Position numbers and translations under genes: made by a program
Notes under the pieces: generated by a model
Seen by the model: the letters and a program-made list of their open reading frames with translations, nothing else
What the model was told of the DNA's origin: nothing
The model's database searches: none
In this document: positions 32,021 to 41,821 of the stretch, in pieces
Layout: each line of letters begins with the position of its first letter
How positions within the stretch are numbered: position 1 is the stretch's first letter
NCBI GenBank assembly: GCA_030431255.1
Contig: JAUIJL010000030.1
Coordinates: 23,572-87,571 of the forward strand
Reading direction: 5' to 3'
Length of the DNA: 64,000 nt
Source: Thermoanaerobaculia bacterium
GTDB taxonomy: Bacteria; Acidobacteriota; Thermoanaerobaculia; Multivoradales; J023

Positions 32021-34060
32021 ATGCCCCAGATCTCTTTTCGTCACGATTCGATCCTCTTGGTGATTTGCTTTCTGAGCCTCGGGCCAATCGCCCAGCAACA
32101 CCTCCTCGAAGCTCAAGGCCCATCGGACGGGCTCACCACCTTGCTCGACGCCCACAAGGCCCAAAACTCCAATCGGCCGGCTCGCGGGTATCAGCCCCGA
32201 GGCTGTGGGTTCGACATGAATCGAAACGGGATCTTCGGCGAGCCGGAGGACTGCATGGTCTGTGACGGCGCGACCACGGACCCGGATTTCGATGGGGTCA
32301 ATGAGGACCTCATCTACGTCGATTGCACCAACGGTGCGAACACTCTCGATTGCGGATCGCCCTCCAATCCATGCCGAACCATTCAATGGGCCTGGGACAG
32401 CCGGGGTGATGGACCCGATGACGGCAGCGAGGACATCATCTGCTTCCGAGGCAGTTGCACGACCGTGGAGTTTTACTCCCCCGACAACAGCGGCGTGCCC
32501 GGTTATTACACCGTGCCGGCTTCCGGCAGCCAGGTTCGAGCTTGGCGTTATCCCAAGAATCCCACGATGCTGGTGGGCTGGGATTTCGACGGCGACGGCG
32601 AGTACCCCCCTGAGGATCGGGACGATCAATCCCTGTTGGACGGCACCGGCTTGGAGCGCGCCTTCCGCCTCGACAGCGACACCGACTACCTCGAGATGGG
32701 CCATTTCTCCGTGCGCAACTACGGCCGCTTCACCCCCGGTGCCGACGACACCGGCTTCCTGAGATTCGGTCCCACTTTCGGCCCCCAGGAATATCAGTAC
32801 TTCCATGATCTCGAGCTGTTGCAAATCAACATGGATCGCGAGACCACCTCCCGGGTCACGATGATCAGCCTCTTCCCGACGGTGGCCATTCCCCAGTGGA
32901 TTCAATTCGCCAATTGGTATGCCCCCGACAACGGACAATGGTTCGCCCGCGGCTCGGGCTACGACGATCCGCCGGACTTCGGACCCTTCCGATTCACCAA
33001 CATCACCCGAACCTCCCACAGCTGCGACTTCTCCGACTGCGGCAGCAGCGCCGGCTCGACCCTCTTCAAGCTTTGGGGATATCTATCGGGAGTGGAGATT
33101 CTGGACTCGGTTTGGGACGCCAATCCCAGGGCCTGGGAGCCCAAGGTTCAGGGCGGCCCCTCCGGCTCCAGCTTCGTCACCGCCGCCCATTGCAGCCAGG
33201 ATTGGATGGTGCGCAACAACGAGGTGATCGATTTCAAGAACGCTTTGATCGTTCAGGGTTACGCCGACGGCTTTTGCAACTTCCCGGCCGCCCGCCCCAC
33301 GGACGAGGTCTATTTCGACGGCAACATCGTGCGCAACACCTTCGAGCCCTGGCTCTACGGCGACCACGGCGTCCGCATCGAAGACGGCGGCACCCGCGCG
33401 GGGGAGGTCATCGGCAACGTTTACATCACGAATAACTTCCTCAGCTCGTCGACCGGCTGGGAAATGGCGATTTGGTCCAACCCCGGCCACGATTCAATTC
33501 CGCCCACGGGCACCATCACCATCACCAACAACACCCTCTACGGCAACGTCAACCGCTACGGCACGATCGTCATCGGCAATGTCGAAGGGCCCGAGCGGGT
33601 CTTCCCGCACCAGAATTACCTCATCGAAAACAATATCTTCGGGGGTTATATCTCCACCGACAACGGCGAGAAGGATCTCAACTTTCACACCACCATCGGT
33701 CCGTCGAATTTTCACTCCGAGCGCAACGTCTTCGGTCCTGAAGGAGAGTTCGTGTGGAATGGAGGACCGCGCACGGGTTTGGGCTTGTGGCGCAGCTTGA
33801 GCGGGGGCGACGCCGGCTCGCTGCTGTGCGAACCGTCTTTCGTCGACAAGAACAGCGGCAACTTCCACCTCACCGCCGGCGATAGCTGCGCACGCAATCG
33901 CGGCTTGGACCCCCTCGCCTGGCTCGCTCTAGATCTCGACGGCGAGCCCAGACAAGCCCTCGGCCCCACCGACATCGGCGCCGACGAGCTCCAGAACGAG
34001 CTCTTTGCCAACGGATTCGAGGCCGGCAACACCTTGCTTTGGAGCTCCACGGTTCCGTGA
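32021..34060 (+). CDS. Secreted right-handed beta-helix (pectin-lyase-fold) protein with a C-terminal GFExG tail
   Basis: Signal peptide; repeated 'I.NN.(I/L)' turns; 'P.FVD...GNFHL...S.A...G...DLDG.PR...DIGADE'; ends LFANGFEAGNTLLWSSTVP. Confidence 0.75.
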   Translation: MPQISFRHDSILLVICFLSLGPIAQQHLLEAQGPSDGLTTLLDAHKAQNSNRPARGYQPRGCGFDMNRNGIFGEPEDCMVCDGATTDPDFDGVNEDLIYVDCTNGANTLDCGSPSNPCRTIQWAWDSRGDGPDDGSEDIICFRGSCTTVEFYSPDNSGVPGYYTVPASGSQVRAWRYPKNPTMLVGWDFDGDGEYPPEDRDDQSLLDGTGLERAFRLDSDTDYLEMGHFSVRNYGRFTPGADDTGFLRFGPTFGPQEYQYFHDLELLQINMDRETTSRVTMISLFPTVAIPQWIQFANWYAPDNGQWFARGSGYDDPPDFGPFRFTNITRTSHSCDFSDCGSSAGSTLFKLWGYLSGVEILDSVWDANPRAWEPKVQGGPSGSSFVTAAHCSQDWMVRNNEVIDFKNALIVQGYADGFCNFPAARPTDEVYFDGNIVRNTFEPWLYGDHGVRIEDGGTRAGEVIGNVYITNNFLSSSTGWEMAIWSNPGHDSIPPTGTITITNNTLYGNVNRYGTIVIGNVEGPERVFPHQNYLIENNIFGGYISTDNGEKDLNFHTTIGPSNFHSERNVFGPEGEFVWNGGPRTGLGLWRSLSGGDAGSLLCEPSFVDKNSGNFHLTAGDSCARNRGLDPLAWLALDLDGEPRQALGPTDIGADELQNELFANGFEAGNTLLWSSTVP

Positions 34061-34105
34061 GCTGAGGCCAGCAAGCCGGACCGAGCCCGGTCGGGGGCAA
34101 GCCCC

Positions 34106-34404
34106 ATAGGCGCTAACTTAGACTGCTGATAGCCCTATCTTGCGCCCTCACCCCCCAGCCCCCTCTCCCTACGCGGGCCGCCCGCAGACGGGAGAGGGGG
34201 AGCCGGAAAGCCGCACAACTTGCTCGGTTTAGTGGGAGATTTTTCTACGCCCAGACGGCTCAAGGCCACCTTTAAATGCGAGCGCGAAGCGCAAGCAATC
34301 ATTCCCCCCTCTCCCGTCCCGGGAGAGGGGGGTTAGGGGGGTGAGGGCTGGCTGTTCAGTTAGAGTTGTGCAGCAGGTGAAAACCTCTTAGGTTAGCGCC
34401 TAAT
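34106..34404. mobile_element. Non-autonomous MITE-like insertion (about 300 bp) inside a REP, with terminal inverted repeats and a target-site duplication
   Basis: TIRs TAGGCGCTAAC (34107-17) and GTTAGCGCCTA (34392-402); flanking direct repeat GGGGGCAAGCCCC (34093-105 and 34405-17). Removing the insert regenerates the REP found intact at 51563-51589. Confidence 0.8.
34144..34348. repeat. Inverted pair of CCCTCACCCC/CCCTCTCCC palindromic repeats inside the MITE
   Basis: GCCCTCACCCCCCAGCCCCCTCTCCC...GGGAGAGGGGG (34144-34200) and CCCCCCTCTCCC..GGGAGAGGGGGGTTAGGGGGGTGAGGGC (34304-34348). Confidence 0.8.
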
Positions 34405-34502
34405 GGGGGCAAGCCCCGACCCTACGGCCGTGGAGGGCCTTGCGCCCTCCCGTTTTCCGCGGATCGAACCTGGTCGGGGACCGACGGATTTCTTACGGCA
34501 GC

Positions 34503-34533
34503 AAAAAGCGGGCTTCCTTGCCGGAAGCCCGCT
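34503..34533 (-). terminator. Rho-independent terminator of the M36 peptidase gene
   Basis: The minus strand reads AGCGGGCTTCC-GGCAA-GGAAGCCCGCT followed by a T-run. Confidence 0.75.
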
Positions 34534-34640
34534 AGCCATTTAGGCCCTATTCGGTCTAGCTCTGAATTCATCAGGTCCAGAACCCATCGGAACCGAAAGC
34601 CTCAAGATCCCCGGATCCCGAAGGAGCCGGGGATAGGGAT

Positions 34641-37600
34641 TCACGGAACCGTGGAGAACCAGGCCGTGGTATCGCCGGACTCGAAGCCGTCCTCGAAGAG
34701 GTTGCTGGCCAAGCAGGACTGAACCGTCACGTCGTCGATCCACCAACCCGGGTGGTCGACGGACGAATCGGAGGTCATGCGGAAGCGGAATTGCACGCTC
34801 TGGCCGGCCCAGGCGTCCACATCCACCACCGTTTGGCTCCAATCCCGCGGATCGCCACACCAGGCGTTCTCGTTGGCGATCGGGCTGCTGAAGCTACCGC
34901 TGACGGGACCGTCGTACGGAATCACCACGATCTCCGATTCCAGACGGGTCCAAGTGGAACCGTCGGTAGAGATCTCGAGCACACCACCGTCATAGCAACC
35001 GCTACCGCTATCCTCGATCTCCTGATAGGTCCAGAAGCGCAGGGTGGTCGGCGATTGGCCGGCCGGCAGCGCGATGGACGGAGACACCAGGTATTGGTCG
35101 GAGATGGCGGCCGGGTCGTCGGCCCAGTAGGCAGAGGTGCCACTGTGGACCCGATCGGAGACCTCGGACCAAGTGTTGGTGCCGGTGCCGGCGGGCGTGG
35201 TCCAACCGGCGGCGCCGGACTCGAAGTCCTGGCTGAACGCGACCATCGGCGCGACACCGATCGGGCAATCACCCGGGGCCACGGCGGTGACGAAGCTGAA
35301 GGCCGCCGTGTAGGACTCGGTGCCACACGGATTGGAGGCCTGGACTCGCCAGTAGTAGGTGGTCGCCGTATTCAAACCGGTCTGCACCGTGTAGGAGGTA
35401 CCAGCCACGTCCATCGCGGAGTCCACGATGTTGGTGAAAGCGGCATCCGTGGCCACCTGCACATTGTAGGTGCCACCACCGGCGGCAGCCGTCCAGGTCA
35501 GGGTTGGGTTCACGGTTTGGTCCATCTGACCATCGGTGGGCGTGGACAAGCTCACGGCGCCCGGCGATTGGTCGAAGACCTCCATGGACACCGGCAGGTC
35601 GAATTGGGTGGAGGTGTCGTCACCGCGGACGTTGAAGTCGTAGGTGCCGGCGGTCAGCCCACCCGTGCCGCTCACGGTCAGCTCGGTGCTGCCCGGCGCG
35701 GTCATCACCGGATTCGGATCGAATCCGCTGGTGGTGCCCCCGGGCGGGGTCAAGGTGCTCATGGTGATCGGGGTCGAGAAGGCGCCGCCCACCGTGATGT
35801 CGTAGACCGCGTCGTCACCGGCACAGATCGAAACCGTGTCCGGGGTCGCGCCCAGGAAGTCACAGGCCACCGGGAAGTCGAAGTCCTCGGAGTTGTCGCC
35901 GTTGCTGCCCGAGCTGCCCTGGTCGGCGTTTTCACCCAAACCACGACGGGCGAAGGCTTTCCACAGGATGCACTCGTTGGCACCACCGGTGAGGTTGACG
36001 TCCGCTTGCAGGATCGCGTCACGACCATCGACGAAACCGGGAGAGCAAGCTTGCAGCTTCATGCCGTCCATGACCAATTGGATCGCCAGGTTGTTACCAC
36101 CGGTGGACCAATCGTCGTAGAAATTCGGGTTGAAGCCGTATTCGTCCACCAAGTCCCAATAGACCTCCCAGATGATCGTCGACCAGGTGAAGCCGATACC
36201 GTGCGGGACGGACAAACCACCGGTGGTATCACCGTAGGTGAAGCCGTTGGTGCCAAAATCTGTGGTGTACGGCGCGGGGCGGATGCCACCACCGGTGTCG
36301 GGCGGCTCGCCCAAGGCGTAGGTGCCGAGACCGCGAACGGTAGTGCGGGAGTCGCCGGCGTTGGCGGTCAGCACCAAGCCGAGCCAATCGCTCCAACCCT
36401 CACCCATCTGCTCGGAGTTGTTGAGGCAGAACACGTCGCTGGGGCCACCGGTCAGGCGGTTGGAAATACCGTGACCGTACTCGTGGATGATGATGCCGCT
36501 GGAGAAATCACCGTCGCGGTTGGGCGTGGTGGTGGTCCAGGTGTACATCTGCATGCGCGGGTTCGAGCCGTCCGCGGGAGTTCCGAAGTTGGCGTTGTTG
36601 GTGCCACTGCCGTCCTGGGCTTCGGCGAACACGTAGTCGCTGCCGGAGCCGCCGTTGCCGTAGTTGTTCTCCTGGAAGTTACCGGAGGCTTCGTCGAAGC
36701 CGTAGTGGTAGAAGACATCGTGAATGATGTTGTTCCAGTAGAAGAGATTGACCGCCGCTGCCGGCTTGTAATCCGCCGGGCTGTCGTTGATCAGGTCGAG
36801 GGCCACCAGAGCACCGGTGAAGTCCAATCCCGCACCGCCGTCGGGCTCGCCGGCGTCGGGCACGTTGTTGGCATCGGCATCGATGTAGGCGTGCACGTTG
36901 TTGCCTTGGGGGGTGGTGAACTCAGCACCCGCCGAGCCGTCGGTATCGTGCCAGCCGAAGGGAGACGCGGTGCCGTCGGCAGGATTGCTGACGATCGTCC
37001 GGCCGCCGTCGGGATCGGAGCCGGGCACATCGTCACCACCGTTGGTGGGATCGTTGTTTTCGTACGGGTACTCCGCCGGCATCTCGAAGACTTCGTACAT
37101 GGGACCGCCAAGCTTGGTCTGAGCTTCGGCTCGCGGAGCCGCTTGGTTGACCCGGGGACGCTCTGTCGACACCTTGTGGTTATGGCCTTCGAAGGTGCCG
37201 AAATTGTCGTGCACCACCAAGTCTTCCTTGCCGAGCACCTCGCCGGTGTGGGCGTCGACGAAGATCTGCCACCAATTGGAGGTCTCGGCGATGTCTAGGT
37301 GCACGTGCCAAGCCAAACGCACGTCGTTGACGGCGCGCGGATACCAGATCAGCTGCACCGGAACGTCACCGGCGGAAATGCCGCCGTCGTTCAAGATCGT
37401 GTGGCGACGGCCGTCGGGTTTGGCGGAGCGGGCGGCAAAAGCCGGCTGCACACCGAGATCGAGGTGCGCGACCGCGGCGTTCGCGGCTTGCAGAGCGGTG
37501 ATCGACGGCGTGGCTTCGTTGGCCGAGTTGCCGAGCCCCGGCATGAAACGGTTGCCCAAGCTCACCACCCGGCCATCGGCCGCGATGTTGACGTTGAGAA

Positions 37601-37931
37601 TCGCGCCGAGCACGGGAATACCGGCCAGCTGCTGCTGCAAGTAAACGTGGCTGACACCGCTGGATTTGCTGTAGGAAGTCGAGCTGATCTCGACCTCGCC
37701 GACGTCGCTTGCGACCAAGCCGAGGTCGCCGGCGCGTTCGGAAACGAAGTCTTTGGCAATGGTCCGGGGCTCACCCGGACGGGCTGAGGACAGGGCTTGG
37801 GTGGAGCCCGGAGCCCTCAGGGTCTCCCCTTGATGGACGTACCTCTCGCCGGCCATCATCGGCGAGCTCACCATCAACAGGGCAGCACTCAGAAAGGTCG
37901 AAACACTCCGTAAGGATACGGTTCTCGTCAC
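34641..37931 (-). CDS. Secreted M36 (fungalysin) metallopeptidase with propeptide, Fn3-like and jelly-roll C-terminal domains
   Basis: HVYLQQ (FTP), VDAHTGEVL (PepSY), GNNVHAY, NLFYWNN, IIHEYGHGISNRL, MGEGWSD and P.FVDGRDAIL; ends LFEDGFESGDTTAWFSTVP; AAGGAG precedes the GTG start. Confidence 0.93.
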   Translation of the reverse strand: MTRTVSLRSVSTFLSAALLMVSSPMMAGERYVHQGETLRAPGSTQALSSARPGEPRTIAKDFVSERAGDLGLVASDVGEVEISSTSYSKSSGVSHVYLQQQLAGIPVLGAILNVNIAADGRVVSLGNRFMPGLGNSANEATPSITALQAANAAVAHLDLGVQPAFAARSAKPDGRRHTILNDGGISAGDVPVQLIWYPRAVNDVRLAWHVHLDIAETSNWWQIFVDAHTGEVLGKEDLVVHDNFGTFEGHNHKVSTERPRVNQAAPRAEAQTKLGGPMYEVFEMPAEYPYENNDPTNGGDDVPGSDPDGGRTIVSNPADGTASPFGWHDTDGSAGAEFTTPQGNNVHAYIDADANNVPDAGEPDGGAGLDFTGALVALDLINDSPADYKPAAAVNLFYWNNIIHDVFYHYGFDEASGNFQENNYGNGGSGSDYVFAEAQDGSGTNNANFGTPADGSNPRMQMYTWTTTTPNRDGDFSSGIIIHEYGHGISNRLTGGPSDVFCLNNSEQMGEGWSDWLGLVLTANAGDSRTTVRGLGTYALGEPPDTGGGIRPAPYTTDFGTNGFTYGDTTGGLSVPHGIGFTWSTIIWEVYWDLVDEYGFNPNFYDDWSTGGNNLAIQLVMDGMKLQACSPGFVDGRDAILQADVNLTGGANECILWKAFARRGLGENADQGSSGSNGDNSEDFDFPVACDFLGATPDTVSICAGDDAVYDITVGGAFSTPITMSTLTPPGGTTSGFDPNPVMTAPGSTELTVSGTGGLTAGTYDFNVRGDDTSTQFDLPVSMEVFDQSPGAVSLSTPTDGQMDQTVNPTLTWTAAAGGGTYNVQVATDAAFTNIVDSAMDVAGTSYTVQTGLNTATTYYWRVQASNPCGTESYTAAFSFVTAVAPGDCPIGVAPMVAFSQDFESGAAGWTTPAGTGTNTWSEVSDRVHSGTSAYWADDPAAISDQYLVSPSIALPAGQSPTTLRFWTYQEIEDSGSGCYDGGVLEISTDGSTWTRLESEIVVIPYDGPVSGSFSSPIANENAWCGDPRDWSQTVVDVDAWAGQSVQFRFRMTSDSSVDHPGWWIDDVTVQSCLASNLFEDGFESGDTTAWFSTVP

Positions 37932-38250
37932 TGCTAGTCTCCTTGCGGAAGCACACGCCGGCCGTTTTATCTAAACGCCGCCGAGCGTTGCTCCCCATGC
38001 GTAGAAAGGATGCCTCCGCAGGCCTGAGATTCTCAACCTGGCGATCAGTAAATACCCGAAGAAAAAAGGAGGGAGAATCAGTCGTGGACAAGCTCTGTGT
38101 ACGACTAACCCGCCGGTAGAACGAAAGCTAGGATCGTGGACTTGCCTAGAGAATCGCTTTAGCGAGAAGTCACCAGTGCCGTGCTTAAGGCTGATTACGA
38201 GCTTGGAGTATAGAGGACTTCAGCCCCGCCGGCAATCTCGATTCATCGGT

Positions 38251-40098
38251 CTAACGCGATCCCATTTCCCGACCGACCGGATAGAGGAGGTAGCGAGAAT
38301 CGTGGTAGGGCGTCTGTCGATAGAACCACTCCAAACGCCCCCTGGGATTGGCCGCCAACTTGGGGTCCTCTTCCAAAGCCGCCTGGAATCGGGCCTTGAG
38401 CTCGGCGTCCGACGCCAGCATGCGATCGGCCATCGGTGCCATCACATAGCCTTCCACGTATTCGGTTCGGCTGAGGATTTCCGCAAAGAATCCCCATTGG
38501 AAAAACGAGTCGGGGGACTCCGGCTCCAACAGGAGGGCGGCCAAATCCGCCAGGGGCTGATCAGAGGGCACCCGCACCGAGCCGGGCGCGTAGGTCACGG
38601 TCTGCCGTTCGATCGCCGGCGCCTCCGGCAGCTCGATCCGAACGTGTCCCTCGAAAGGCTCGGGCGCTAGCTTCGCCCCCTTCACACGGTAGAGATCCAC
38701 CTCGACTTCCACCGGTCGAGCCGTCCGCTCGAAGCGGATGCCGTGCAGCTCCAGACGCTCGATGACCTCGGGCCAAGCCGCCGGAACCCACCACGCGGTC
38801 GGCAGACGCACCGCCTTGACCGGCAGGTCTGGGCTGACGCGCTGGAGCGTCTTGGTCACCGGTTCTCCGAGCCATTCCACCACCTCCGCTCCGGCGGCCT
38901 CCGACCGTCGCTTCCGCCAAGCAATCCCTTTGAAGGTGACTTCCTCAGGCGCCGCCTCGCGATCGACGGTCCATCCCAAGGTCACGGTCTCGGGACGACG
39001 CCGGCGATCCTCTTGAATCGCTCGGTGCAGGGAGTCGGCGTGGGCGCCGACGGTCCTCAGGATGCTCTCCATCAAGACGTAGGTCCCCAAAACCCTCTGG
39101 GCGTAGGGCTTCAAGGAGTGGTTCTCGACCAGGATCGTCGGCAGATGTCTGGCTCCGCCGTAACCATCGGAAAAGCGGGGCGTGGCCGCGGACCATTTGA
39201 AGAGCAGGCCGTCCGGATCGTTGTTGTCGGTGGCGAAGACCAGGTAGCCGGGGATGTGACCCGCCGCTTCGAGCCTCGCGATCACCGACGGATCCAGCGT
39301 GGATTCCAGCCACTTTGAGATGGAAGGGGAATAACCCTGAGGACCCATATATCCCCAGGTGATGTCGTATTGATAGTCGATGCCGTCGGTGACGTGCACA
39401 TCCACGTAGAGATCCGGGTCGTAAGCGTTGATCGCTTTAAGCACGGCGCGCGTCGCGGGGATGTCCGCCTTGGCGAAGTCGCGATTGAGGTTTTGATTGC
39501 GGGCGTTGGTGCGCCAGCCCATTTGCTCCGGCCCCCGTTGATTCACCCGGCCGAAGGGGGATCGCCGCTCGTGCCCGTCGACGTTGAGGATCGGCACGAA
39601 GAGCCAATTCACCCCTTCGAGCAACGCCTTCTTGCCCGGCTTGTGGACGAGGTCCCGCAACAACATCAAACCGGCGTCCTTGCCGTCGATTTCTCCGGAG
39701 TGGATTCCCGCTTGGATCAACACGGCCGGTTTCTTCGAGGCGCGGATCGCCTGGGCAGCCGTCGAGGCATCGAGCGAGGCGATCACCATCCACACATCTC
39801 GGTGCTCGGCGCTTTTGCCCAACGACACCTTGTGCAGGAAGGGCGCGGCGGCCACCAACCGGTCGAGCCACTCCATGGTCTCGTCGTAAGTCGGCGTGCT
39901 GGTCAAACCGCTCTTTTCGCTCGGCGTGATCCAAGGATCCTCGGAGCCGGGGGGCAGCGCGATCTCTTCGGTACCCTGCCATTCGAGGGTCGGCGGTAGC
40001 TCAGCCTCGATCTCCGGTGTTTGCGCCCGAAGCGTGAGGGCCTGGAGACCCATGAGTAGGAAGAGCGCCGGCATCAAGACTCGATTTTGCAACTGCAT
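38251..40098 (-). CDS. M14 family zinc carboxypeptidase-like protein
   Basis: GIHSGEIDGKDA (HxxE), NVDGHER, NLNRD and DVHVTDG. Start moved to ATG 40098, before the signal peptide. Confidence 0.88.
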   Translation of the reverse strand: MQLQNRVLMPALFLLMGLQALTLRAQTPEIEAELPPTLEWQGTEEIALPPGSEDPWITPSEKSGLTSTPTYDETMEWLDRLVAAAPFLHKVSLGKSAEHRDVWMVIASLDASTAAQAIRASKKPAVLIQAGIHSGEIDGKDAGLMLLRDLVHKPGKKALLEGVNWLFVPILNVDGHERRSPFGRVNQRGPEQMGWRTNARNQNLNRDFAKADIPATRAVLKAINAYDPDLYVDVHVTDGIDYQYDITWGYMGPQGYSPSISKWLESTLDPSVIARLEAAGHIPGYLVFATDNNDPDGLLFKWSAATPRFSDGYGGARHLPTILVENHSLKPYAQRVLGTYVLMESILRTVGAHADSLHRAIQEDRRRRPETVTLGWTVDREAAPEEVTFKGIAWRKRRSEAAGAEVVEWLGEPVTKTLQRVSPDLPVKAVRLPTAWWVPAAWPEVIERLELHGIRFERTARPVEVEVDLYRVKGAKLAPEPFEGHVRIELPEAPAIERQTVTYAPGSVRVPSDQPLADLAALLLEPESPDSFFQWGFFAEILSRTEYVEGYVMAPMADRMLASDAELKARFQAALEEDPKLAANPRGRLEWFYRQTPYHDSRYLLYPVGREMGSR

Positions 40099-40248
40099 GG
40101 GACGTGGCCTCGGGTCCGAAATAGGTCTGGGTGAGCACAGGTCTGGGTGAGAGCGGGGGGTGCGAGCGCGGTGAGCGAGTGATCGCAAGGAGGGCCCGAT
40201 CGTGGATCGGGCCCTACTGCTCGAGGCGGTTGGCGGGATCAGCCGAGC

Positions 40249-40728
40249 TCAGAGGGCCTCAAGGACCGCCTCGGCGCTGGACACTCCCACTTCTTTGCCC
40301 GGCTCCACGCCGAGGTACTCCACCACCCCGTCGTTGATCACCATGGCGAAACGGGCGGAACGCTTACCCAATCCGATGGCGGTGAGGTCCAACACCAGAC
40401 CGAGGGCCTCGGCGTAGTCACCGTTTCCGTCGGAAAGGACCTCCACATGCCCTTCGGCGCCCAGGCTCTTGCTCCAAGCCGCGGTCACGAAAGGATCGTT
40501 GACCGCCATGCAGTAGAGCCCGTCCACACCCTTTGCTTTGATGGCGTCGGCATTCACCATGAAGCCGGGGAAGTGGGTGTCGTTGCAAGTGGGAGTGAAG
40601 GCTCCCGGAACCGCGAAAAGAACGACCTTCTTACCGCTGAAAAGATCGTCCGTATTGAGCGCTTCAATGCCGTCGCCGAGGCGACGCAGAACGCCAGAAG
40701 GTGCTTTATCACCAACCTTAATACTCAT
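40249..40728 (-). CDS. Peroxiredoxin type II (Prx5/redoxin)
   Basis: KKVVLFAVPGAFTPTC, AVNDPFV and SDGNG; AGGAG precedes ATG 40728. Confidence 0.93.
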   Translation of the reverse strand: MSIKVGDKAPSGVLRRLGDGIEALNTDDLFSGKKVVLFAVPGAFTPTCNDTHFPGFMVNADAIKAKGVDGLYCMAVNDPFVTAAWSKSLGAEGHVEVLSDGNGDYAEALGLVLDLTAIGLGKRSARFAMVINDGVVEYLGVEPGKEVGVSSAEAVLEAL

Positions 40729-40909
40729 TTGGGTAGTCTCCTGAGTTTTCTGGAGGAGCCGATTAGAGCCGACTCCGAGCTGATTTTTTGGTGGGTCATG
40801 TCTGCTGAGCCCGAGCATCCTAACCCGATTTGCCGGTACAATACACCGCAACACGCCGCTAAACGACCTCCGACCGCCCCAGGCCAACCGACCTACCCGA
40901 GCCTTCATC

Positions 40910-41821
40910 GTGACCGGAACCTCCAGCTCAGCCCGACGATGGAACCCTTTCAGTCGTCGATCGGGGTCGAACGACGGACCGCAAGAGAGCTGGGAAAAAA
41001 CTTTTCTGGCCCATCGGGAGCGGATAGAGCTCGCCGCTGAGCGAGTGGCGAAACGCGCCGGTCTTCCTCCCCAGGAAGTCGAGGATTTCGTCGCCGGGGT
41101 CCGATTGAAGCTGATCGAAGACGACTACGCCGTGCTGAGAAAGCACCGCGGGCAAAGCTCCATGGCCACCTATTTGATCACCGTGGTGCACAATGCGTTC
41201 AAGGATCACTGCGACCAACGCTTCGGCAAATACCGCCCCTCGGCCAAGGCCAAAGAGCTCGGCCCCTGTGGTCGGGCCTTGGAACGCGCGTTGGTGGTCG
41301 ACCAGATGGAGCTCGAAGCCGCGGTTCAAGCCCTAGCTCAGCGACCCGACCTAGAGACCACCGAGTCCGAGCTGAAGCGCATCGCCGAGCAGCTTCCCCC
41401 GACCAAGGTCAAAAGGCGTTTCGTCGACGAGCAGGCGTTGGAGCAGGTCCCCGTCTCCAGCTCGGGCTCCGCGACCGAGCACCGTTTGCTCGACGGTGAG
41501 CGGGCCCGGCAAGCCGACCAGCTTTCCACCGTCTTGCGCTCGGCGCTCCAAGCCTTGCCCGCCCAGGATTTCCTGATTCTGAAATTGCATCTGCGCGACG
41601 GCCAAACCCTAGCCACCATCGCCGACCGGCTCGAGCTGCCCCAACGGCCCCTCTATCGACGAAAGCATAAATCCCTCGACACTTTGCGCAATCACCTCGA
41701 GGCCAAAGGCCTGAGCTGGCCGGAGGTGCGGGACTTGCTCGAATGGAATCGTGATTTGGGCTTGGGATTCGACCCTGAGGACTCACACCCCGGCAGCGCC
41801 GGCCTAGGAGCCGCAACATGA
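40910..41821 (+). CDS. ECF-type RNA polymerase sigma factor
   Basis: Region 2-like 'EVEDFVAGVRLKLIEDDYAVLRK..G.SS..TYL.TVV.N.F.D'; region 4 'L..LP.QD..IL.L...DG.T...IA..L'. Confidence 0.8.
   Translation: MTGTSSSARRWNPFSRRSGSNDGPQESWEKTFLAHRERIELAAERVAKRAGLPPQEVEDFVAGVRLKLIEDDYAVLRKHRGQSSMATYLITVVHNAFKDHCDQRFGKYRPSAKAKELGPCGRALERALVVDQMELEAAVQALAQRPDLETTESELKRIAEQLPPTKVKRRFVDEQALEQVPVSSSGSATEHRLLDGERARQADQLSTVLRSALQALPAQDFLILKLHLRDGQTLATIADRLELPQRPLYRRKHKSLDTLRNHLEAKGLSWPEVRDLLEWNRDLGLGFDPEDSHPGSAGLGAAT

Noticed and set aside
34752-37298. 848-aa plus-strand ORF, and similar long antisense or off-frame ORFs such as 1509-3224, 20440-22299, 31658-33019 and 10274-11557
   Set aside because: They mirror well-supported genes and have no motifs, as expected from high-GC codon bias.
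37932-38250. Long intergenic leaders (also 3548-3940 and 53199-53467) as riboswitches or sRNAs
   Set aside because: No recognisable aptamer or tRNA consensus by eye; an Rfam/Infernal scan would be needed to exclude them.
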